NCBI GenBank assembly: GCA_051362555.1
Contig: CM120640.1
Location: forward strand, 57,700,788-57,764,787
Direction of reading: 5' to 3'
From: Lingula anatina
Taxonomy: Eukaryota; Animalia; Brachiopoda
DNA length: 64,000 nucleotides
Shown here: positions 44,289 through 56,700 of the stretch, one piece after another
How the letters are laid out: each line of letters opens with the position of its first letter
How positions within the stretch are numbered: position 1 is the first letter of the stretch
Position numbers and translations under genes: made by a program
The notes under the pieces: generated by a model
What the model was told of the DNA's origin: nothing
What the model saw: only the letters and a program-made list of their open reading frames with translations
Database searches by the model: none

Positions 44289-47033
44289 AACTTCCCAATT
44301 ATTTAGATTGTATTCTAGTCATCTGCTGTGATGATATTAGTAATAAATATGATAATGATAATGATATGCTATGATATGATAAGAGTATTTTACAGAGGTT
44401 GCGCTTTTAAAAACAACAGTGTAGCAGGGAGAGGTAATTAAAAGTATTAGAGACAATGGCCGAGTCTGATTTTGGCAAATCATCTTACTTATGTTGACCA
44501 CTTATTTATGGAATATTTACAAATCAGCAAGTTTTATACAAACTGTCAACAGTTCTGTTTCTACTGCAAGTTCTGATAGGACTGTTACGATTTTGCAATA
44601 CTGGGAGCATTGGCCCATTTGGTCGTTGGCGTGGTTTGAAAATCTAGTCGTTTCACATTTACGTTTCTTGTCTTAATTTTCCTTTAAGCAGCTATTAATA
44701 AAAAAGCATTTCTATTATACGCCATTGTCACTTGGAAGTTTCGTCATGTATCTCGTCGAGAGCTGGAGTTATAGAACTGATTGGTTTTTTTTTCTTTTAA
44801 CGCTGTAATACATGCCACACGACTACCGTTCCTCTTAACTAAGGAACAAACTATTATAAGTGGCAGGGTACCGGGTTAACTTTTATTCATAGCGCACTTA
44901 AAAAAAGTTCAAGTTTATGTTATCGTAAAAAGAAGGGAAAATGCATACAATAGCACAGTGTATTCATACTTCTGATGCAATATTCCAATGGTGCATTCTA
45001 AAACGAGCCTACAATTATCTTATTAACGCGTATCCCGTCATTGTTTTGTCGTTTAGAAGGGCTTTGTAAATGAAGGCACTGTGCTTACCAATATTATGCT
45101 ATCATAAGCCTAGTTTAAGTATAGACAGACACCGTTGATGTAAATCCAACAAACGCTTGTAGTAAAGGTATTACTCATTTTGTGTACACTAATGCACACT
45201 GAAATCTATACCGATTTAACAATAAACTATAAATAAACCCCCTTGAAAAACTATACTTCCAAGTTTTCTTTATTGACAATTTAAATGAGCAATATCATGT
45301 GGCATACACATAAATATCTGGCAAAAACGATGAAGGGCGAAAGCATCATCCTTTATCAATAGATGACATTAATTTGACATTCAGTTATCTTCACTTTACT
45401 CCAGTAACTAAAAAACTTAGTTTTAAAACAATGTTGATCCAATATTAAATGCCAATTCAAAATTAAACACCATTTTTTCACTTATTTTACTACAGTTTAT
45501 CAGTATCACTGAGCACAAAAAAAAGAGCACTAGCAAATGTCATACCAGCTGTAGCAAATGTTGTTCAAGTACACACTGTACCCATCAAGCTAAAGCCTCC
45601 TCTACTCAACGTGAAAGACATGAATAGCACAATAGCTGAAGGGAACTGAAATAAATGAACTTTTTTTTAGATGTTTACAGGATTTTAATACTTGAAGCAA
45701 TGTGAAAGAGTGGCAGTGACCACCACACATTGCATGGTTATAAGATATTGCTTCTTTTGCCGTTTAATAATTTAAATTGCATATTCCATATACACTAATA
45801 CATAATAAAGCATACTATTTAGGAATACTTGAGTGTCCTGTTTGCCGGACTAAAATACAGACAGCAATCTAATACATGTACATACTCAGCTGCCACAGCT
45901 TTAATACAATGATATATGTCAGCAGTGAACATCACATAGTGTATATCACAACATGGAGAGACATAATAAGCACCTAATCACTAAAGTTCTGTTCATTGAA
46001 ATACACTTGTATCAAGTTCAGAAAACCAAAGTGGGCTATCACACTTTTTACACATTTACCTCTTGCTAAATAGTGTTCTAAAGTAATATATGTTACAACT
46101 CTTGTGCAAGATCTTAATAAGAAGTCCTCTGTTGTACACTATATTTTATAAAAGTTAAATGCATCCTGAACTAATGGTTACTTGAAATTTCTCCACCATT
46201 AAACCTGTTTCAATACATAAATATTAATGTACTTGGTACAAAGCTACATCAACTGCTACAACAATTTTCCCATCTCATGTCACAGTTAACAACATACATA
46301 GATATATATACTGCAATAAATTAGATATGGCAAGTTCACAAGCAAAACAAAAGACATCACACAGACAAAATACATTAAATGCATATACAAGTATAAGTAT
46401 CAAATACAAAATGAAGCAACTTAGCAGCAAAAGCTGACAAACATCAACAACAATAATGCAGTGCTCCTACATATACCTAACATGTGTAGATAAGTAAAAA
46501 AGATTGTCATGGTAAATCCATGTACATGTATATAAATAACTGTAAAGCAAATGCTTGTTCAAAGTAATAGAACCCTTTATTCCTTTAACTAACAAGATAT
46601 TTATATGAAATACACAGAGAAAAATATTTAGAAAGGAATGTCAACTTTGTTTGGTCCACATTAAGGAATGAATCAAGGAATGTACTTGTAATGTAATCTC
46701 CCACATAACCCAAGTGCCCTGTTTTATAAAATATCAAGATAATAATCTTACAAAATCTAAAAAGAATCCAAGAAATAGAGAAATATACTAAATGCATATA
46801 CATAGTTTGATTTTTAATAATGCTTATTAGATATAAAGTGAATCTTTTCTATATAGGACATATATGGTATCTGTGTAAGGATTAGCTATAGGTGAAAATA
46901 TTCACTGACATTAACATAGACTTGAAGTGTGTGTGTCTGTGTGTGTGTGTGGGGGTATTTAATTAGCTTATTAAAGTCCTTATACAGGTTAGCATTCATT
47001 AGTCAATGTGTACAGAAAATTTTAACCCTGTGC

Positions 47034-47131
47034 TTGAGAGAGATATTGTGTATATACATCAATACTTTAAATGGCCCACACAGGGTCATAGCTTTAGAAA
47101 AAAACTACATAAATAAAGATGCCCATCAGAT
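47034..47131. repeat. Inverted copy of intronic segment 49451-49548
   Basis: ttgagagagatattgtg...gcccatcagat is the near-perfect reverse complement of atctgatgggc...cacaatatctctctcaa. Confidence 0.9.
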
Positions 47132-47465
47132 CTTTTCTTTCTTGTGAAGATGAGCACTAAAGACCACTTCTTGTTACAAAGATGTCATGGGGACCCCATC
47201 CTGTAAGGCAGATTTTCAAGAAGGATAAAAACTGGAACAATGTGGTAGGTAAGCTTAAAATATCTTCATGCACATATATCTTCTTTTTCACAGCTGTACA
47301 TGCCTATTTGCATTGTACTGACATACACCAGTCTACTTATCTCTAAAAGCTATCCTCATTACAAAATGTTTACCTCTGAATGATTTTGTAAAATACATTA
47401 ATTTTTAAATCCAAGATAAAATTATGTATGTGTGCATGTGCATGAGTGTTCTATTAAACATTGAT

Positions 47466-48624
47466 TTACATTGATTTATACAGCACTGAATTTACCTGAG
47501 GAACAACACCACAGCAGCTTTTTGAAAAGCTTGATACTTCTTTGCCATGCAGTTTTCTATCATGTTTAAGAAACATTTAATATAGGTTTGTATAAAAAAT
47601 AAGCTTACCTCAGTTGTGTAAGTAACAGCACCATCATAACTCTCCTCAAATCCTGAAACTCCCTTCAACACCTGCAGCTGGTGCAAAACTGCTACTTCTT
47701 CCTCTGTGAACGACTTCAGTGGTATATCAACATCCTTTTCTTCCTCCTTGGCATCCAGAGAACCATCATATGATTCATTGTCATATCCAAATGCTGTTGA
47801 TGTTATTGCAGGCTGGTACTTCTTTGGTTTCTTGGACTCTACAGAATAATAGGTTTGCTGTATATATATTTTTTTCGTCAAATCCAATTGGTAATAGCAA
47901 CTTACTAGTAGACCAAAAATATATGACCTGTTCCTTGTCATCAGAACCAATGCCATATACATGCACTAGACCTTTACCTTGTGATTAAATCCATGCCTGA
48001 TACAGCAGACATTTCTATGCAATGATATTTATTTCTCACTGATGACAATAGCACCCCCAAGACATGGTAAATTACACAGACAATTCTCACACATAATGCA
48101 GTATCTTTAAACCCAAAAATAAGATGAATTTTATTCTTTCTGGAAGACATTCATGATGTATGCTAAATGCATAGTAGCTACCGGGTTAAAGTTACCAAAG
48201 CCTTACAACCCAGTGCACATGCTGGTATCAGTATGTATAAAGGAGCCTAAAGTTGCCATTTCTCCTGAACAGGATACTAGTATGTGAAGTCAATATCAAG
48301 TAACTTCCAGACATATTGTGTCATTTTTAATACTTAAATACATGAGGTGGGAGCAACCAATGTGTTAAGTGCCTAAGGACATATTAAAGATTTAATGGCC
48401 GATATGTCATTACTCCTACACCTATTCGAGAAAAAAAAAACACTTAGAAACTATTTGTTTAATCATTATTAATAATTTTTGGAATCTTCATTAAAAATAT
48501 GAAGTTTAATCAGCTCATACCCCTGATAACTTCTCTTATCCTCCAGAGTCTGAAAACGATGAGAAGTCCAACCCCATCTTTGGCTGTACTGGGCATGACA
48601 ATCTTTCTACACTCATATGCTTTT

Positions 48625-48665
<41 letters not shown>

Positions 48666-51600
48666 AATATATTTATCCCTTGAGCATAATATATAACCAT
48701 ACCTGATAGTCTTCTCTTATCATCAAATGAGATTCTATGGTCATCTGTGTGCTGGTCATGGTCATCATGAAAGTCAGTGAAGACAGGCTGGGAAGTGGGT
48801 TTCTTCTTGAACCTTCCACCACCTTGCTCAGTTTTCTTTGTTGAGCTACTTTTTGACTTGAGTGCTGACTTTATCTCAGGAGCTAGAAAAAAAACATGAA
48901 AATACTCATATTTTATATGTTGTTGGTTACCATTTACAGAATCACCAAAATGAACAATTTTCATCTAAAACATAATGTATCAGTCACTTTTGAAAATTCT
49001 CAACCCAAACATATCTAATCTATCGATAAACATTCTGACTTACCTTGAGTGCTGGGCTGCAATCTGTCCTCATACTGGCTTAATTTCTCTTTGAGGCTAC
49101 TTATTTCTCTCTGGATAAAAAAAGAATATTTATTCACAAAGAGTCATGAACAAACAAATATAATTATATCTATAATGATTCTTATACTGGATATTTCTAA
49201 CCATTTTAACTACCTACAAAAACCTCCAATGTACAGTTGTACCCATTACACAGGTAATTTTATAGCCAATATTCCCCAAAGCCCTGCTTTCCTGACAGCC
49301 TACCTGGTCCCATTCCTGCTGTGATATTGCTTCCACTGCTTTACACTCAGCCTCTATGCGAGCTTTTCTTTCTCTAGAAAACTTCTCTATGGCTTCTTTT
49401 CTCAACTCCAATGCAGCACCTAGAAGACAGAAAATTTTGAACAAACAAACATCTGATGGGCATCTTTATCTATGTAGTTTTTTTCTAAAGCTATGACCCT
49501 GTGTGGGCCATTTAAAGTATTGATGTATATACACAATATCTCTCTCAATGTGCAATATTTGAGAAAAAAAACACTTAGAAACTATTTGTTTAATCATTAT
49601 TAATAATTTTTGGAATCTTCATTAAAAATATGAAGTTTAATCAGCTCATACCCCTGATAACTTCTCTTATCCTCCAGAGTCTGAAAACGATGAGAAGTCC
49701 AACCCCATCTTTGGCTGTACTGGGGATGATATCAAAACTGTACACCACATAAATTACAAACACCAGCGTCACTAACACAGCATCTAGCACCTGAAAGGTA
49801 GAAAAATGATAAACTGTTAAATAAACTTATAATCTTTGAACACATTATCATAATAAAGAGCTTAAGGGAGCATAACTTCCACACCTTTATTGAAAGTAAA
49901 AAATAATAAATACATTACATGCACTTCTTTATAGAAAAATAAGAGTGACATTCATTGGAATCTTACCTCGAGTTTATATTTGAAAAAAGCACCACTCCTT
50001 GCAACCAACTTCAAAATAACCTTTAAAAATAATAAAATTACACTACTGTGAAAATGCAATATATACACTGTATAGACACACACACACACACACACACACT
50101 ATTATCAAGTCTAAACTGTCAGAAATGCAAGAACCATGAAACTGTAGATAAACTGTTACAGCAATGCTAACTGTGAATACTTTCAAGATGCTGAGTTGTT
50201 TTTAATATATTTATGTTATAAAATGGTATTGTGCATCCAATTATTTCCATACCCAGATCAAAATGTGTTAGCAAACTATTCCAGTCAATAATGCATCCTA
50301 TACAAACATAATAAATACATATGGGTGGCTACGAAAAACATAAGTAATTTTAAAGTTCAAATACTTCAACAGTTCAAAAGCTTCTGAATTAAAATTCGGC
50401 TCAGTTTCTTGATACCTTATTATTGGTCAATGAAAATGTCAAGTGTTAAGGTGAAACAGTTTTGATATAATTATCAATTGCCAGACACTGAAAAGTACAG
50501 TCATGAAATTAACATTTACAAAAAGCATTATTTTCCAAAAGTATCCTAAATCTTATTTCATACAATATCTTCAAAACTGTTGAAATTAGTTTACTTAGAA
50601 ATTAGTAATGTTTTTTTAGCCACCCGATTTGTATTTTCTTATCATTATTTAAAAAAAGCAAAGTTACGACGCATACTAACCTCCAGCATAAACAGACACA
50701 AAATACAAAGACTGATATAATGTAAAATCTCTCCAGCTAAATTAACCTGGCTATTTGGTACTGGAAGCACCTTGTTTGTAAACCCTGCAGTTGAGCTTCC
50801 ATTGATTGTTGAACTATGATTGTCCTCAGCCAGTGAGCAAGTGCAAAGTGCTGAAAAAATAAACATACAAGTTATAATCATATATTCATGAAAATGTATG
50901 ATTTTTTAAAAGTTGCAAGTATTCTGCAGGTGTGTGTGTGTGTCCAAGTATGTGTGTATCTGTGTCTATGTGTCTATACGTGTGTGTCTAAACGCAGCTC
51001 TCATCACTACTCTCTTTAATAAATATCTAAAATGCTGGATATAATGTGCACATATGACTTTAAAATACCTACCCTTTCTAGTACCATACTCACCATGTAT
51101 AATCCCAATATCAATCAGAAGAAGCATATAGATAATTAGACTGTCTAAAACAACCAGCACCAGGATAACACTGTTGGCAAGCTGACAGTAAAGATAATGG
51201 TCCAACCATTGTTGATAACTGAAATATGTGAAATAAAAGTACATTCAAATGAAATGTTAATGGTGGTCTTAAACAGGTGTTCGATTTCACTACATGTAGA
51301 TGAACCATAATAATCGCGTTAAGCTACTGTACTTTAAAGCTCACTCTTTTTAACGAACAATTTGAAGTAAAATTATTACTTATAACAAAGCTGTACATAT
51401 CAAAACATAAAACGTTGCCGAAACATACAGGACCCTTCCTAAATAGTTTTTTAAAGCTAACTCTTTACATTCATGACAAAATTAGAAAGCCGACATATTC
51501 ACAAGTGGACCGAAGCTTCCACTTACGTTTGTTTCTTAGTTCCGTTTTCTACGTTGTCAATGGTGTGTTCCAACCTCCGGGAACCATCATCCCTACGTAA

Positions 51601-51698
51601 AGGTGTAATATAATGAATACATCTTTGAAACCAAAGCCATTAGATCTCATAAAATGAGAAATATCACGATTAAGAAAAATAACTTACCTATCCGCCAT
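47466..51698 (-). CDS. Voltage-gated proton channel (Hv1/HVCN1)-like voltage-sensor-domain protein with divergent S4, coiled coil and long charged tail
   Basis: Exons (minus) 51698-51688, 51592-51527, 51218-51094 (S1 ILVLVVLDSLII), 50850-50681 (S2 ILHYISLCILCLFMLE), 50020-49967 (FFKYKLE), 49790-49652 (S3 VLDAVLV; S4 LLIVFRLWRIREVIRG), 49419-49304, 49110-49044, 48882-48703 and 47838-47609, all with compatible phases. The last exon is uncertain (47495-47466 or 47293-47288). Confidence 0.85.
48428..48593 (-). repeat. Intronic direct duplicate of 49561-49723 (3' half of the S3-S4 exon, its donor site and adjacent intron)
   Basis: Near-identical by eye except for poly-A length. Confidence 0.9.
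50322..50627. mobile_element. MITE (Tc1/mariner-like ends)
   Basis: Inverted pair gggtggctacgaaaaacataagtaatttt / aaattagtaatgtttttttagccaccc. Confidence 0.6.
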
Positions 51699-52669
51699 TT
51701 CAGTGTGTCACATTTCTACCTTTTTATTGAAGGTCAAGGTGAAACAAGACAAGCTATTTAAGGTCCCATAGGTTGTGTATAGGTCATACATGAGGTTAGC
51801 TCTTTTTAAAATTAAATATACTTAGGCTAATTTGATAATTATGTTAAAAATGGTTAAACTATAATTCTATGTTTGCTAACTTTACTTTGTTTAATAATAA
51901 CGAAATTATATTAAAAAGACCCAATATTGTGTTAGATGTGACACCCAAGGATGGCTTACAGTTGTCCCCACAGTCTTGATCACTGCCAAAAACGCAGTTA
52001 GAAGAAGCCAGGGCTAGGCTAGTCATTGTTTTGCAAATGTCATGGCACATGGCTTACAATTTGACAAATAACACACCTAATTGTCAGGTGGGCCAGCAAT
52101 GCAAATGCCAGCAATCCCAATCCATGTAGGCCTACATGCCGTATATTTATTTTTACGCATTTTATCACATTTAATTGATTTTGAGAGTCTTTAGTCCATA
52201 TAAAGTAGATATATTGATGTTTTATACGTTTCCTTCGACATTTTGAATTTGTTGAAAAAGTCATAACAAGATTCAAGGTTCAACTTGCTCCGAATTGTGT
52301 TAGATGTGACACGCAAGGATGACCGAATTGTAGTAGATGTGACACCCAAGAATTACCGTTTGCACACCAATTTCTAATCTTACTGTGGTCCTGCACAAGT
52401 TGCAGCAACCGGTTCGCAGGCCAACTGCCAGTCGTATCCGTGTTTGATCCAAAAGTCATATTTCCTGTCTTCTTAGTGCATATCCTGAAATGCTACCCTT
52501 ATTTCCCAATTTAGACCTTAAAAACAATAAATTCACTAAAATAAAGTGCCCACTAGTGACATCGACATTTCCTTCTAAAATTAAATGTACAGGAAGATCT
52601 TTTAGGCCAACGTTAACGGGAATTTTTCCCTTAAGTTAGAGGGTTATTACGGAGAAACACCACTGATAC

Positions 52670-53097
52670 CCTATTGCCAACGTTCACCGATTGATTCATA
52701 GCTAGCTGACGAAGTTGGCCCGACGTTGGCATAACAGCAGCTAACCGCCGATAGCAAAAGCTCATAACGACATAAGCCCAACGTTGGCGCGACGTCGGCA
52801 AAAGGTCGGCATGGTTATCGATAATATGACGTCGGCCCAACGTTGGTGCAACGTTGGCAAGATAGTGGCATCGTTGGCATAACAGCGGCTTACCGCCGAT
52901 AGTAATAGCTCATAACGACGTTGGGCCAACGTTGGCGCAAAGTTGGCAAATGGTCGGCATAACAACGCAGACCACCGGTGGGCCGACAGCGCGCCGCCGG
53001 ACACGCCGACCTGGAGCCGACGTCGTCTGCCAACGTTGGCCCGACGGAGGCAAAGTCGTCGGGCCACCGTTGGCGCGACCACTGTTTGCTATCTGGG
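52670..53097. mobile_element. GC-rich repeat element with many CCAACGTTGG palindromes, ending in tttgctatctggg (CCCAG-terminus class); left end not identified
   Basis: Repeated ccaacgttgg / cgacgtcgg units and an internal about 130-bp duplication. The right terminus resembles that of the 18894-19992 element. Confidence 0.6.
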
Positions 53098-53777
53098 ACT
53101 TAGTGACCGGGCAGATATTAAGGATAACGAGTATATCATTCAATAAATTATGGTATACAACATCGAATCCAAGTGCAGGGGCGGCTCGAGCAAACTGAGC
53201 CATGAATCGGTAGTAGACTTAAATTGCTGCTTTTTTTAGCGAGGACAGAATACCTTTAACGGCAAATAATATTAAGTTTGTCCGCTTTATGTACTGATAA
53301 TAAAACAACATGGATGGAGATTAAATCGTTTTGATTATTCTTATTCTGTATCCACATTCACTGTTTCACCTATTCATGTGTAAAGGCATATTACATGATA
53401 AAAAATGTAAGTCGGCACAGCATTATGAATACACTGTAATAATTTCAAGAACCTAAGAAATATTTAGGCCTACTGTCATACATGTATTCAGTATTGTGTG
53501 CTTCTCATTTGTTTAAAATGTATAATCTTCAAAATATCCCTACATGTTGGTTTACTTTAGGCCTAACTGATAAAAGAAAATAAGTTTTTCAGTGTTAAAC
53601 AGTGTATGTTACTGATGAAAATATTGATCTTTTACGCCATGTACGTGTTTCTCTCCCATTGCACACTTAAGAGTCAGTAAAAACATATTCCACAACAAAA
53701 GCAGCTCATAATCTCTAAGTTTATTGGCTAGTTGATAGACCCTTGGTTCGATCAGTCACTTTGCCTTCTTGATTCTT

Positions 53778-56700
53778 TTAAATATAAATCGCCTCTCGAT
53801 CTGATGTGTATCCCGTAGGTGCAACCTACCAATGAAAAAAAAAACGATAGAGGTAGAAAAAAAGACAGGTATATTTTACATTTTTTTTTTTCGTTTAAAA
53901 TGGGATCAAACGATTGATAATTATTATGCCTTAATGTTAAACGATAACAACATTGCTGATAAAGTGATGAACGCGCATAATTAACACTTAAGCTAAATTG
54001 TAAGTAACCAATTGCAATTTACACAAGTGAACGAATTTATTAAAATGCAATATGAAAGTACCACGCGTAGTTCGCCAGCCTTGCCGATTGTTACGTGATG
54101 TTTGCTGCCCCGAATAAATTCAATCAAACCTTGCTTTCCATTGATCATATTGTGAGTGATACTGAAAGAAGGAGGATAAAAATGTCTCAGAAAACAATGT
54201 AAAACCAAAACCAGAAAAAGAAACCAGGAAAATATTTTAAACGATTATATCGCTTGGGGTAATTGTTCTTTCTCTCTGTGATCATAGATAACATTATACT
54301 GTCTACTAACATAATATAAGATATCCGTATAAGTCTACGCTTAGGGTACATGTATATATACCTTCCTTCTCTTGCAATTTCCACGGCACGCAGTTTCTTG
54401 GCGGCAACAGCTATTTTTACAATGGCCTCTATTACATGTCCGCTCCGCAAAATAATGTCGCCCTAGAATTGTAATTATATGATAAACAAACTAAACAAGG
54501 TTATCTATCTATTTTCCGGCATTTTTCTATTGACATAGACAATATCAATATATACTCACTATTAAAAGTTGCAATCAACTCACCTTGTTGTAGATCCTAT
54601 TGTTGTTTCTTTCGGAAGAATTCGTGTGGAGTACAAAGAAATCATCGGACAGTTCGCTGGTGGTGATAGCTGTAAATCACAATTTATGGCTTGAAGATAC
54701 AATAAACAATGATCGATAACTGGAATCAATATTGCGATTTAAATTCTACTGAAAATAAGATTTAACAAAAGCACGATGTTCTTTGTGCGCCCACATGCAT
54801 TTTGATCATCCGAGAACCTCGATCCGAGTGAGACGATACATGTAGAATGATAGCCTCTCATTAAAGGGCCTATTCATTAACACATGAATTGAAACGGTTA
54901 ACTGACCTTTTAAATTTTTGTGGAAGATTTTGTCCCTGAGTTTGTAATTATATCGACTGAGGATATAAGATGCTTTATCCGTGACGACAAGGATACGCCT
55001 CCTGGAGCCGTAACCGTTGCGGTTATACTTCAAAACCTGGGACACGTACTGTAAAATAACTAGCATGGTATTAACTGTAAATTAAATTATCAATTTAATA
55101 TTTAGAATAAGCTTATGTCATAAAAACATGTCTAAATTATCTTGAACACTTAAAACTGTGAAGTATAAAAAACTTTCTAAATTATAAAAATGTTCTATTT
55201 CATTATTAAAAATAGGCCTATGTTAAAAATTATCTAACAGCGTGTAAAAAGTTGTATGCACCTTACCGTCAATTAACATGTACATTGGAAATGTAGTGCT
55301 TCATCGTACGCGTGTCACATGTATTAACTGAGAGTAACTTACCCTAATTGCTTCTTTTCTTTGCTTAACGTTAGCAATAAAAACGTTATTCAGCATAATT
55401 TCTTGGGATTTGGCTGAAATATATAGACATAGTTCGTACTGCATGTATAAAGAAACCAACTTTAAATTTTACTTCAAATAATGGTATACATTTTTTTTTA
55501 CTAACCATACCTCTGATTATATAGTCGATACAATATTTGCCTTATTTACCAAAAATGAAATATTGCAAAAATATATATTTAAACCTGGGATATCACACAA
55601 AATTAGGATGATATTATCTCAGTTGATAATATCAGCTGAAAAGACAATATCAGTCAAAGATCAACTTACACAATCTTGAGGTACGGAATGGTTCTGGGAT
55701 ACTGTTCTCATAACCCTCTTTGTTTCCTTTGAACAGTTCGTGCGCTATCAATTTTTGCTCTAGCTGAAAAAGGTCCACGTTAAATAATTCAGACGTTTTG
55801 GGGTTGTGCCATTATATGTATGTGAACGAAAATAGAATTATGTCTTGCAAGAATTCGATTGCCTGCTGTTGTCAGTTTCTTGTTAGAACCATGTGCTTCT
55901 TGTTTGTGGACAAAGAGTTAGACAGTTGAAGAAGGATTTAGCGATTTGATGTATTTGATTGTTGAATAATGGATAAAATCATTCTTTCGTTGATAAGTTA
56001 ATTTTGGGTCCATCGCCGGTCGCCACTTTGTCAACGACAAAACCTACAGTACATACAAATAAATAGATTTACTTTTCAAGTCCAGCGAACTTACCTGTCT
56101 CATTCTTTTTCTATCCTTTTTAAGTTGTAAGCAGTATTTTCTAATCAAGTTTTTACGATGCATTTTCTGCAGCAGACGAGCGGTCTGAAATATCAATAAG
56201 GCGTAAGGAAAATGGCGGATAGAAAAAAGGAGATACAGCTATCTCATATCTGTCAATTTTTCCACTTTACTTTAATAGCTTAAGCACAAAATGAAGGTAT
56301 AGGATTAGTAAGTATGATAAACTGCCCTGATTCATCACATGCAGATTTGGGAAGATACCATTATAAGCGCAGCGCTTATTGAAAGAACGATGCTCATTCT
56401 ATTACTTCTAAACAAGCAGATCGACATGCATATGAACGCAATTCGACTAACTTGAACTTTTTTCGCACAAAATCACTACATCCAAATAATATAAGCCGGT
56501 TGATCAGTAGAATAATCAGTCACTACATCCCAATTGATTAAGCCGGTTGATCAGTAGAATGAACATTTATTATTTTAATACAACCAGTCTCTATGAATTC
56601 TAGACGATATATGTATTGTCCAGAAAAATACAACACATTCGGGCGTGATTTCACTTACAGTCTCCATAAAAGGATGTGTTGGCGGCCATGCGTCATCCAG

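Noticed and set aside
47466-51698. Assigning the symbol HVCN1 or TMEM266
   Set aside because: S4 matches neither canonical pattern; orthology needs a phylogeny.
52631-53203. Overlapping GC-rich ORFs on both strands
   Set aside because: They arise from palindromic repeats of a non-autonomous element and show no protein motifs.
56470-56560. About 47-bp intronic tandem duplication
   Set aside because: Simple two-copy local duplication with no further structure.
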